This document shows, piece after piece, positions 44,517-52,712 of a stretch of DNA of 64,000 bases. The DNA is from Hyalangium minutum (lineage in GTDB: Bacteria > Myxococcota > Myxococcia > Myxococcales > Myxococcaceae), in contig NZ_JMCB01000003.1 in NCBI RefSeq assembly GCF_000737315.1, positions 868,001 through 932,000 of the forward strand, written 5' to 3'. The translations under genes and the position numbers were made by a program. The notes beneath the pieces were generated by a model that did no database searches, was not told the origin of the DNA, and saw only the letters and a list, made by a program, of their open reading frames with translations. Every line of letters begins with the position of its first letter. Within the stretch, counting starts at the first letter, position 1.

Positions 44517-44981
44517 CTAGAGCTCCTTCTCACAGAGGAGGCACTTGGGCTTATCTCCGGACTTGCCCAGGCCGATGACGGGCGCCTGCAGCACGGGGAA
44601 CGGCGGCGTGTTCTTGTCGTTGTGGAGCATGAGATCGAAGGAGCGGGCCACGCCCTTGCCCTCGAAGCTCACGTCGAAGGAGTAGTTGACGAACTCGGCC
44701 TTGCCCTTGGTCTTGTTGGAGGCCACGCCACCGCCCGCGGTGCCCGCCTCGTCGCCCGTGCTCATCTTGAAGTTGGAGTCCGCGATGCACACGGGCTTGC
44801 CGTCCACCTTCACCTTCTTGGTGCCCTTATCCGTATCCGAGGACTGGGCGATATTCGGGTACGGGATGGGAATGGGCCCGCCGGGGCTCGGCGTCTTGCA
44901 CACGTCCGGGAAGGCGATGGTCTTCCCGTTCGTGTCCTGGTTCACCACTGACAGCTTGTTGACGCCGACGCTCGTGCTCAT
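44517..44981 (-). CDS. Stand-alone PAAR-like DUF4150 protein
   Basis: FPDVCKTPSPGGPIPIPYPNIA, STGDEAG and YSFDVSFEGKGVAR; CLLC at the C-terminus. Confidence 0.9.
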   Translation of the reverse strand: MSTSVGVNKLSVVNQDTNGKTIAFPDVCKTPSPGGPIPIPYPNIAQSSDTDKGTKKVKVDGKPVCIADSNFKMSTGDEAGTAGGGVASNKTKGKAEFVNYSFDVSFEGKGVARSFDLMLHNDKNTPPFPVLQAPVIGLGKSGDKPKCLLCEKEL

Positions 44982-45023
44982 CTCGGACTCTCTGGGCCCC
45001 ACGCGGCCCCGTGGCCCTTCATT

Positions 45024-46091
45024 CTACTCCGCTTGCTCGCCGGATGCCTGGGGAGGTCCCCACCGCTCCGAACCCTCACAGGTGACCACCATGGACTCCA
45101 CTTCGGTGGGCTCCTGGGCGAGCACGAGCATCCCCCTCCAGAGGAGGACCAGGCGCATCGCGTCGGTGTCGATGATCACGGTGTCGAGGCGCAGTTCGAG
45201 ATCCTCGTCCGATTCGCGCTTCCGGTAGACCACGACCTGCGGGGGCGGAAGCCCGGGGAGACTGAAGGCGAGCCGGCCCTCGGGGGTAGCGTTGGCGATG
45301 ACGACGGGCTCACTCCCCTGGAGGTAGCCGGGAGCGATGAGGCCGGGGGACGCGGCGTTGAGGAAGCGCCGGTCGAAGTCTCTCGGGAGCAGCGGCTTGC
45401 GCGACTTCTCCCAGGCCGCGTCGTAGGTACCAGCGAAGGCGGCGCGAGGCTGCCAGTTCGGACCGATGAAGCCGAAGCCCACGGGCGCGGGGCGGTCTCC
45501 CCACTCCTCGATGGGCTGCACCGGGTCTTCCAGGTTGGGCAGACGCACGCCCTCCTCGAAGCGGCTCCCGGCCGCGCGGAAGCCGGTGCCCACGGGGTTG
45601 CGAGGTTCAAAATGGTGCTTCGCGGCGTCGGGGTTGCTGCGATCCCAGCCGCCGAAGGCACGCTCATAGCGGAGAGGGATGCGCTCGAAGGGAGCGGGCT
45701 TCGTCATGGCGATGCTGCCCATGCTCTTGAACCAGGCCCGATCGCCGATGACCCTCACACCCTTTTGCAGGGCCCCGACCTTGAGGGCGACGAGCAGCTC
45801 GCGAGTGCCTTTCTCTTGGGCATGAGCGTGGCCCACGAGGACCACGTCCGTGGCGGGCTTGAAGAAGGCGCCCTCGGGCTCGTACTTGTCGCTGGCCTCG
45901 TCCGAGCCGTCCCACTTCGTGCCGGACAGCTCGAGTGGCTCCTGCTCCTCTGCCAGTGAAAGCTTGCCCTGAGGGCTGATCTCGAACGTGGCCTTCACCA
46001 CGGGTACGAGCAGCGGGCGCAGTTCCTCATCCGCGAGGAAGAGTGGCTCGAAGGTGAAGGGCGTACGGTTCTCGGAGGTGGGATGCCCCAT
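45024..46091 (-). CDS. DUF2169-family T6SS effector adaptor
   Basis: VVKATF, KPATDVVLVGHAH, PLRYERAFGG, NPVGTGF, GFGFIGPNWQPR and LDTVIID. Confidence 0.92.
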   Translation of the reverse strand: MGHPTSENRTPFTFEPLFLADEELRPLLVPVVKATFEISPQGKLSLAEEQEPLELSGTKWDGSDEASDKYEPEGAFFKPATDVVLVGHAHAQEKGTRELLVALKVGALQKGVRVIGDRAWFKSMGSIAMTKPAPFERIPLRYERAFGGWDRSNPDAAKHHFEPRNPVGTGFRAAGSRFEEGVRLPNLEDPVQPIEEWGDRPAPVGFGFIGPNWQPRAAFAGTYDAAWEKSRKPLLPRDFDRRFLNAASPGLIAPGYLQGSEPVVIANATPEGRLAFSLPGLPPPQVVVYRKRESDEDLELRLDTVIIDTDAMRLVLLWRGMLVLAQEPTEVESMVVTCEGSERWGPPQASGEQAE

Positions 46092-46126
46092 GGGCCTCTT
46101 TCTACCAAGGACCGGACGCTCTTGGG

Positions 46127-46517
46127 GTGAACCCCGCCCGCTATGACGGCCTTGCCGAGGGGACCCACTCCTTCCAGGTGCGGGCACGCGACACGGCGGG
46201 CAACGTGGACCCCTCTCCGGCCTCCTTCTCCTGGCTTATCGATGTGACGGTGCCTGACACTGCGATCACCTCGACTCCGCCCAACCCCTCCAACCAGCCC
46301 ACCGACACCTTCTGTCGGTGCCGTCAGCGACACGGGAGGCACCAGCTCCGCGTCCACCCCGGTTCGTTTCACGGTGGACACCACCCCTGACACACCCGAG
46401 CCTCCGGATCCGGGCGGCTGTGACTGCGCTGCAGGCTCAGGCGATGCCTCCTGGCTGCTGGGTGGGTTGGCACTGCTGGCCCGCCTGACTTCCCCGCGCC
46501 GCCAGTGGCTGCGCTGA
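46127..46517 (+). pseudogene. 3' remnant of an Ig-repeat MYXO-CTERM surface protein
   Basis: LAEGTHSFQVRARDTAGNVDPSPAS, a frame change near 46300, then TVDTTPDTP..GGCDCAAGSG..WLLGGLALLARL..RR*. Confidence 0.75.
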
Positions 46518-46575
46518 CCACCGCGTCCGCCGCCGAAGGGAGGAGCCCTCCTTGCTCCTCCCAAGCCCGTGCGCC

Positions 46576-47268
46576 TCACTGCTCCTTCAGAGCGGCGAGC
46601 ACCTCGCGCGCGACAGCCACGGAAGAGGCCGGGTTCTGGCCCGTCACCAGCCGCCCGTCTCGCACCGCGAAGCTGCCCCACATGGGCCCGCGCTCGTAGC
46701 GGCCGCCCAGCTCGCGCAGCCGTGTCTCGAGCGCGAAGGGCACCACCTTGTCGAGCTTCACCGCCACCTCCTCCTCATTGGAGAAGCCCGCCACGCGCTT
46801 GCCCGCCACCAGTGGGCGGCCATCCGAGCCTTTCACCCCCACCAGCGCCGCGGGCCCATGGCACACCGCCGCCACCACCGCGCCCCGCTCGTAGGCGCTC
46901 GCGAGCAGGCGCTGCAGCGGGGTGTGGACCGCCAGATCCCACATCACCCCGTGCCCACCGACCACGAAGTAGGCGTCGTACGGCTCCTTCACCTCCTCCA
47001 GCACGAGCGTGTGCTCGAGCTTCTTCACCGCCTTGGGGTCGGCCAGGAACGCACGAGAAACCTCGGAGGGATCCTTCACGCTGCGGGGATCCGCGGGGGC
47101 CTTCCCTCCGCGGGGAGACGCGATGTCCACCTGCGCACCCGCCACCGAGAACTCCTGGTAGGGCGCCGCGAGTTCCTCCAGCCAGAACCCCGTGCGCTCC
47201 TGAGTGGTGCCGAGCTGCTCGTGGCTGGTGACGATCAGCAGAATCTTGAGGGCAGCCAGTGCCTTCAT
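46576..47268 (-). CDS. DJ-1/PfpI family (type 1 glutamine amidotransferase-like) protein
   Basis: KILLIVTSH, GFWLEELAAPY, GGHGVMWDL, AAVCHGPAAL and LVTGQNPASS. Confidence 0.9.
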   Translation of the reverse strand: MKALAALKILLIVTSHEQLGTTQERTGFWLEELAAPYQEFSVAGAQVDIASPRGGKAPADPRSVKDPSEVSRAFLADPKAVKKLEHTLVLEEVKEPYDAYFVVGGHGVMWDLAVHTPLQRLLASAYERGAVVAAVCHGPAALVGVKGSDGRPLVAGKRVAGFSNEEEVAVKLDKVVPFALETRLRELGGRYERGPMWGSFAVRDGRLVTGQNPASSVAVAREVLAALKEQ

Positions 47269-47371
47269 GGTGATTGCTCCTTGGGGGCCACCCTTCATGG
47301 GGGCCATGGCTAAGAAGTAGCGCTGGCTGGGGGCCAAGAAAATCGAGGGCTTCTTCGCATAATGTGTAGCC

Positions 47372-48289
47372 ATGCTTGGCAATCACGAAGCGCTCTGGAC
47401 GCTGTGGGAGGTGAGCCGGGCCGGGACCTACGCAGCCGCAGCAGCACGGCTGGGGATCACGGCCTCGGCGGTAGGCCAGCAGCTCAAGGCACTGGAGCAG
47501 CGCTTGGGCGTCGCGCTGTTCGAGCGCGTAGGACGGCGCGCCCGGCTCACGGCGATCGGCCAAGCTCTGATCGAGCGGCTGGGCGAGCACCTGCCTGCCC
47601 TCGATGCGGCGCTGGAGGAAGCCGCCGCCACCCACCGAGCAGTGCGCGGAGAGGTATCACTGGGAGGCCCGTGGCCTTTCTGCCGCTCCTGGCTGCGCCC
47701 TCGCCTGCCCTCTCTGCTGGAGCGCTACCCAGACCTGCGCCTGAACATCCGCTTCGATGTCCCCAGCCTGCTCACCCGCCGGCTGCTGGGCGGAGAGCTG
47801 GACCTGGCCATTGTCGGCACGCTGCCCGAGGAGCCAGGGCTGGAGGTGCACCCGATCGCCCATGAAGGCTTCATCGCCGTGGCCGCGCCCGGCTATCTGC
47901 GGCGACACGGCACGCCTCGCTCGGCACGGGACTTTGCGGCTCACCGCTTCATCGCCTTCGACTCCGATCTGGCGATGCTCGTCCCTTGGTGGCGAGCGGC
48001 CTTCGGTCCCCGAGAGCCGCTGCCCACCCAGGTGGTATGCCGCATCACCAACCTGGACGAGATGCTGGCGCTGGCGGAAGCCGGATGCGGCATCACCGTG
48101 CTGCCCGACTACCTGGTTGGAACCTCGGTCAACGAGGGGCGGATGGTAGCGCTCGAACCGGAGGTCCGCCGACGCTCGCTGCGCCACAACCGGGGGACGC
48201 TCTGGCTGGCATGGCGCAGGGCCGCGGCGCCCACGGCGCGATTCCTCGCGGTACGCGACTGGCTGCTGGAGGGCGGGCTGAAGGAATGA
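47372..48289 (+). CDS. LysR-family regulator
   Basis: N-terminal HTH ...AAAARLGITASAVGQQLKALEQRLGVALFER; divergent from the DJ-1 gene. Confidence 0.92.
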   Translation: MLGNHEALWTLWEVSRAGTYAAAAARLGITASAVGQQLKALEQRLGVALFERVGRRARLTAIGQALIERLGEHLPALDAALEEAAATHRAVRGEVSLGGPWPFCRSWLRPRLPSLLERYPDLRLNIRFDVPSLLTRRLLGGELDLAIVGTLPEEPGLEVHPIAHEGFIAVAAPGYLRRHGTPRSARDFAAHRFIAFDSDLAMLVPWWRAAFGPREPLPTQVVCRITNLDEMLALAEAGCGITVLPDYLVGTSVNEGRMVALEPEVRRRSLRHNRGTLWLAWRRAAAPTARFLAVRDWLLEGGLKE

Positions 48290-48300
48290 GGCGAAGGATC

Positions 48301-49731
48301 CTACCGACGCGCAGAGGCGCCCCAGCGCTGCGCAGGCCGAAGCCGAGCGGGCGGAGAGTCCGGCGCAGGCAGAATCCACCCCTTGGGAGCAAGCCCATCC
48401 GCCTGGTGCGCGAGATCCACCTCCGGATCCACCAGGAGCTCCGAGGGGCGCCCGTTCAGCGATGCACGCGCGTCGGCATGAACCTCGACGGGGCCCTTGC
48501 CCTCCGCCTCGAAGTCGCGGGCGATGCGCCGAGCAAGCTGCAGGATGAGGTCCGGCTGCACGGACATCTCCCGCTCCTGAAGCTGCGTGAGGTACTGGCG
48601 CGGAGGCACGTGCCACTCCTTGCCCGTCACGGGTGAGCGCACCACGAAGGTCACGCTGCCGTTCTTCTCTCGGGCCATCACTCGCCACGAGAAGCGCATG
48701 CCCTGCTCGTGCCAGAGGACATTGCCTCCATAGAAGTGGGTCCTGAGCGGAAGCGCGATCTGAAGGATCCCATAGGCCACAGCCACCCCCAGGGCGATCC
48801 GGGCCTTCCTCCCGGGGGCCGCCAGCACGGGCACCGCAACGGGCGGCTTCGGCCGTTCCACCCTGCGCAGGCGCGACACGAGCCACCGCGGCCAGGAGGA
48901 ATCGAAGAACACCAACGCGGCCGTGACCATGATCACCGGGAACATCCCGATGGGGAACAGCGCCCAGGTCGCCGCATGGAACCCCAGCACCACCACGTAC
49001 GCAAACGGACGCAGCCTCCGCACGAGCAAGAAGGCCACGATCGTCGTGTCGAAGAGGAACCCCGACCACGCCGCGGCATAAGCGACCCACGTCTGATCCA
49101 GCATCGGCCCCACGAGCGGAAGCCCCGTGCGCGCCGAGAGCCAGATCTGGAGCGGCTGGGCATGCACCAGCCAGTCCGGGGTGAGTTTGGCCAGCCCGGC
49201 GAACACGTAGACGACGGCCACCTGGAAGCGCAGCAGGTACGTGCACCACGTGGGCAGCCAGTCCTGGCGCAGCACCGGGTTCCTCCACGCATCCACGGAG
49301 AACGCCCGGTGCGCAGGGACGAAGCACAGCAGCCCCGCCAGCAGGCTCACCAGATAGTAGTGGTTGAGGTACGTGGTGACGTCCACGAGCTGGACGTACG
49401 TGAACGTGACGAAGAGCAGCGCGATCGCCACGCGGTAGTAGAAGCCCAGCGCCACGCAGAGCCCCAACATGCCCAGGGCCGCGAAGACGACGTGGATCCA
49501 CGGGGCCGGGAGCGCGGGCACCCACCCGAAGCCCCAGTAGGTGAAGTGGAACTTCGGCCGGACGAAGAACTCCTGCACCCAGCCGTAGGCGAGGAAGCGC
49601 ACCGCCGACACCGTCACCATCAACCCGAACGCCACCCGGAAGACCGCCAGGGCCGCGATGTCTCGCGGAGCCAGCAGATGCGCCCAGAGCCGACTGGCCG
49701 TGCCCGGCGTGCTCACCGCCTGCTCAGTCAT
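48301..49731 (-). CDS. HTTM-domain / vitamin K-dependent gamma-carboxylase-like membrane protein
   Basis: LAVFRVAFG, TYLNHYYL, LRFQVAVVYVFAGLAKL, IGMFP, GMRFSWRVM and QPDLILQLA. Confidence 0.88.
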   Translation of the reverse strand: MTEQAVSTPGTASRLWAHLLAPRDIAALAVFRVAFGLMVTVSAVRFLAYGWVQEFFVRPKFHFTYWGFGWVPALPAPWIHVVFAALGMLGLCVALGFYYRVAIALLFVTFTYVQLVDVTTYLNHYYLVSLLAGLLCFVPAHRAFSVDAWRNPVLRQDWLPTWCTYLLRFQVAVVYVFAGLAKLTPDWLVHAQPLQIWLSARTGLPLVGPMLDQTWVAYAAAWSGFLFDTTIVAFLLVRRLRPFAYVVVLGFHAATWALFPIGMFPVIMVTAALVFFDSSWPRWLVSRLRRVERPKPPVAVPVLAAPGRKARIALGVAVAYGILQIALPLRTHFYGGNVLWHEQGMRFSWRVMAREKNGSVTFVVRSPVTGKEWHVPPRQYLTQLQEREMSVQPDLILQLARRIARDFEAEGKGPVEVHADARASLNGRPSELLVDPEVDLAHQADGLAPKGWILPAPDSPPARLRPAQRWGASARR

Positions 49732-50935
49732 TGTCCCCTTCCACCGTCTGGGGCAGCTCGAGGTCCAGCACGGTGACAAAGTCGGTCTTGAGCAGATCCG
49801 TCACACCCTTGAGCGAATCGTAGAGCGCGCGGACCGAGGCCTTGTCCTGCACGAGCGCCTGCGCCAGATCCTGCTCCTCGATCGCGTTGAGCGCGGCATC
49901 GGCTGCCACCAGCCTCGAGCGCAGGGCCTGCGCGAGCGAGTCTGAGCCCACCGCCTCCAGCAAATCATCGAAGCCCCTGCCCGAGAACCCTTCCCCACAG
50001 CCCTCGACGATGCGCCGGAACCCCACGAGGTTGTTGCGCAGGTTCGCCTTCGAACGCCCCGCGTAGATCGACTCCAGCAGCTCCGGGCACGACTCTGAGT
50101 CACACTCCCGCAGGCCCAGCGGGCGCGCCAGCTTCCGATCCTTCATTTCACTATCGAGGTAGAAGAGCCCGTCGCTCACCGAGTTCAGCGCCATCTGCAC
50201 CGACGGGTAGATCGCGTTGCCCGTGCCAGGCGACGCCAGCGTCGCCCCGAAGTTCCCCTTCCCCGGATCCCACGCGTCCGCCAACTGATCCGCTCGCGCC
50301 CGCACCGCCTTGGCCGCCGCCGCCGCATAGGCCCGCTTGCGCGCCTGCCGCTCCTCGACCGGCAGCGCTGCCCATGTCCCTCCAGCCACGATCGGAGAGC
50401 TCGGAGCACAGGCCGTGTCCGTGCCCTCGTAGAACAGCAGGAACTCCACCGCGTACAGCCCCCGGCGGGACACCAACATCGCCGGGAAGTCCTGCGACTC
50501 GTAGCCACGAGCGACGATCTGCTCCTCCACGGCGCACCGGCTCACGAGCGGCCACGAGTAGATGTTGTCCCGCAGCTCCGCCCCGCCCGGCTGGCTTCGA
50601 GGCAGCGTGGGCCCCACCTGCATGGCATCGATCTCCTGCCACGCGTCCATCGCCCGGTGGAACGCCGCCCGAGCCGCGTCCCGATTGGCCGTGTCGGGAG
50701 CCGCAGCCAAGGCCGCTGTCGCCGTCTCCAGCTCCACGGCAGTAGCCTGGAAGGCCTTCGAGCGGCTCTGCTCGCACGAGCCCACCGCGGCCAGCAGCTC
50801 TTTCCGAACCGTCTCCGCCGGAGGCGTGTTGCCGGGATCGGGCTTGCTGTCCTCCTTGCAAGCGCACAGACACGTGAGCACTGCGAGCGCGAACACTCCC
50901 GCGCCGCGGGCCCCCTCGAGGCGATTTCGTGGCAT
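49724..50935 (-). CDS. Imelysin-family lipoprotein (iron-uptake associated)
   Basis: Lipobox LCAC; AARAAFHRAMDAWQ, IYSWP and RGLYAVEFLLF (GxHxxE-like). Confidence 0.85.
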   Translation of the reverse strand: MPRNRLEGARGAGVFALAVLTCLCACKEDSKPDPGNTPPAETVRKELLAAVGSCEQSRSKAFQATAVELETATAALAAAPDTANRDAARAAFHRAMDAWQEIDAMQVGPTLPRSQPGGAELRDNIYSWPLVSRCAVEEQIVARGYESQDFPAMLVSRRGLYAVEFLLFYEGTDTACAPSSPIVAGGTWAALPVEERQARKRAYAAAAAKAVRARADQLADAWDPGKGNFGATLASPGTGNAIYPSVQMALNSVSDGLFYLDSEMKDRKLARPLGLRECDSESCPELLESIYAGRSKANLRNNLVGFRRIVEGCGEGFSGRGFDDLLEAVGSDSLAQALRSRLVAADAALNAIEEQDLAQALVQDKASVRALYDSLKGVTDLLKTDFVTVLDLELPQTVEGDND

Positions 50936-51038
50936 GGCCCTGCCGTACCAAACGATTTTGGAAGTGACAAGCATTCTCAAAATGGTCTGGGGAACTCCTT
51001 GACACTCTCTCGATCGCCACGGTACTCCGCGCGCCGCG

Positions 51039-51061
51039 TTGAAAACGATAATCGTTTTCAA
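51039..51061. promoter_or_regulatory. Fur-box-like perfect 11-1-11 inverted repeat
   Basis: TTGAAAACGAT-A-ATCGTTTTCAA; the inner 19-mer matches 15 of 19 positions of GATAATGATAATCATTATC. Confidence 0.8.
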
Positions 51062-51090
51062 TTCCATAAAAACGCTCTGGAGGGGCAAAC

Positions 51091-52551
51091 ATGCGGAACA
51101 ATTCGGAAGGGGCGGGCCTGCGGGCCTCGCTCGTGGGCGCGGTCGTGCTCGCGCTCACCCTCACGGTGGCGGGTGGCTGCGGAGATGATGACGAGATCAT
51201 CGATCCCCCCGACAACACCCCGGACGCAGGTCACGAGCCCCCGACGGACGGTGGGACGGACGCTGGCGTACAGCCTACCCCCTCTACGGACACGGCGTTC
51301 GCGGCGGTGCGCTTCAACACCAACGGCACGCTGGACACCACCTTTGGTACCGGCGGCGTCGCGGTGGTGGACGTGGCCCCTGGCAACACGTCCGCGCGTG
51401 AGACCCTGTGGGGCGCGGCGCGTGACAGCTCGGATCGCATCGTCATGTTCGGCCACGCGAAGGGCACGGATCGCCTCGACGTGGATCGCGTCGTCGTGCG
51501 GCTGTCCGCCAATGGCGCGCCTGACACCGGGTTCGGCACCAGCGGCGTGAACACCCTCAACGTCTCCAACCTCACCGACAACGCGCGCAGCGGCATCATC
51601 CAGCCGGACGGGAAGATCGTCACCTCTGGCTACACCCCGCATCCCACGGGCGTGGGGACGCAGACGGGCAACCGGATCGTCCTGACGCGGCTGAACGACG
51701 ACGGCAAGACGGACGCGACGTTCGGCTCCAAGGGCGTGGTGAACTCCATGCCGATTCCGCCTGCGGATCCCGTCAACACCGAGTGGGGCTATGCCGAGGC
51801 GTACGCCGTGGGCTACCAGGCCGGCAAGTACGTCACCACGGGCTACGGCCGCTTCGGCAACACGGGCGCGGTGGACCTGCTCGCCTTCCGCTACACGAGC
51901 ACCGGCCAGCTCGACACGAGCTGGGGCACCAACGGCACCTTCTCGCTGGATCTGGTGGGAGACAACGATCGCGGCCGCAACCTGGTCGTCCTCCCGGACA
52001 ACCGCGTGTTCATGGTGGGCAGCGGCACGCCCGCCGCCCAGAACGTCGACGCCATGGCGGTGATGCTCACCGAAAACGGCGCCCGGGACACCAGCTTCGC
52101 CACGGAGGGCTACAAGCTCTTCGACTTCGGCCGCTCGGACGAGGCGTTCTTCGGTGCCGCCGTGTCCGCGGACGGCGCGTGGATCGCCGCGGCGGGGTAC
52201 GTGGCCGGCGGAGGCCAGGATGACGACGCGCTCCTGTTTGTGCGGCCCACGGGCAGCGGCACCGAGTTCGTCCAGCCCGTGCCCATCTCCGACACCGCGA
52301 ACGACCGCTTCTGGGCCGTGACGTTCGACGCCTCGGGGAAGGTCTACGCGGCGGGCTTCATCACCGAGAACGGTGACAACAAGATGATCGTGGCGCGCTT
52401 CAACACGGACGGCTCGCGAGACACGACGTTCGGCACCAACGGCGTCGCCACGCACAACGTCGTCCAGGCCGGCACGGATGAGACGGCCCGCGCCGTCATG
52501 ATCCAGTCGGACGGCAAGGTGGTCATCGCCGGCACGGTGGAGAAGAAGTAG
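51091..52551 (+). CDS. Delta-60-repeat (DUF5122-like) beta-propeller lipoprotein
   Basis: Lipobox AGGC; repeats RFNTNGTLDTTFGTGG, QPDGKIV and QSDGKVVIAG. Confidence 0.82.
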   Translation: MRNNSEGAGLRASLVGAVVLALTLTVAGGCGDDDEIIDPPDNTPDAGHEPPTDGGTDAGVQPTPSTDTAFAAVRFNTNGTLDTTFGTGGVAVVDVAPGNTSARETLWGAARDSSDRIVMFGHAKGTDRLDVDRVVVRLSANGAPDTGFGTSGVNTLNVSNLTDNARSGIIQPDGKIVTSGYTPHPTGVGTQTGNRIVLTRLNDDGKTDATFGSKGVVNSMPIPPADPVNTEWGYAEAYAVGYQAGKYVTTGYGRFGNTGAVDLLAFRYTSTGQLDTSWGTNGTFSLDLVGDNDRGRNLVVLPDNRVFMVGSGTPAAQNVDAMAVMLTENGARDTSFATEGYKLFDFGRSDEAFFGAAVSADGAWIAAAGYVAGGGQDDDALLFVRPTGSGTEFVQPVPISDTANDRFWAVTFDASGKVYAAGFITENGDNKMIVARFNTDGSRDTTFGTNGVATHNVVQAGTDETARAVMIQSDGKVVIAGTVEKK

Positions 52552-52575
52552 GCGCAGTCCCAAGCAGCCGGCACC

Positions 52576-52610
52576 CGAGGCCCCTCCGAATGCATGCAGG
52601 GGGGGCCTCG
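52576..52610 (+). terminator. GC-rich hairpin between the delta-60 gene and the receptor
   Basis: CGAGGCCCCTC...GGGGGGCCTCG; no U-tail. Confidence 0.4.
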
Positions 52611-52712
52611 CCCCTGGGATCAGGGTGCCGCGCCGCTTTCGCAGACAGGTGGCGTTGACAACCGTGGGGCAGAAGGGGATGGAGGGCCCCACGATTCAAG
52701 GAGAAGTACGCA

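Noticed and set aside
37319-46091. Mixed gene orientations as evidence of a recent inversion
   Set aside because: No inverted repeats or recombinase found at putative breakpoints, and similar mixed-strand clusters may be ancestral in myxobacteria; needs synteny data.
49724-50935. Imelysin as an active secreted metalloprotease
   Set aside because: No HEXXH motif seen; family members in receptor clusters are generally iron-binding lipoproteins.
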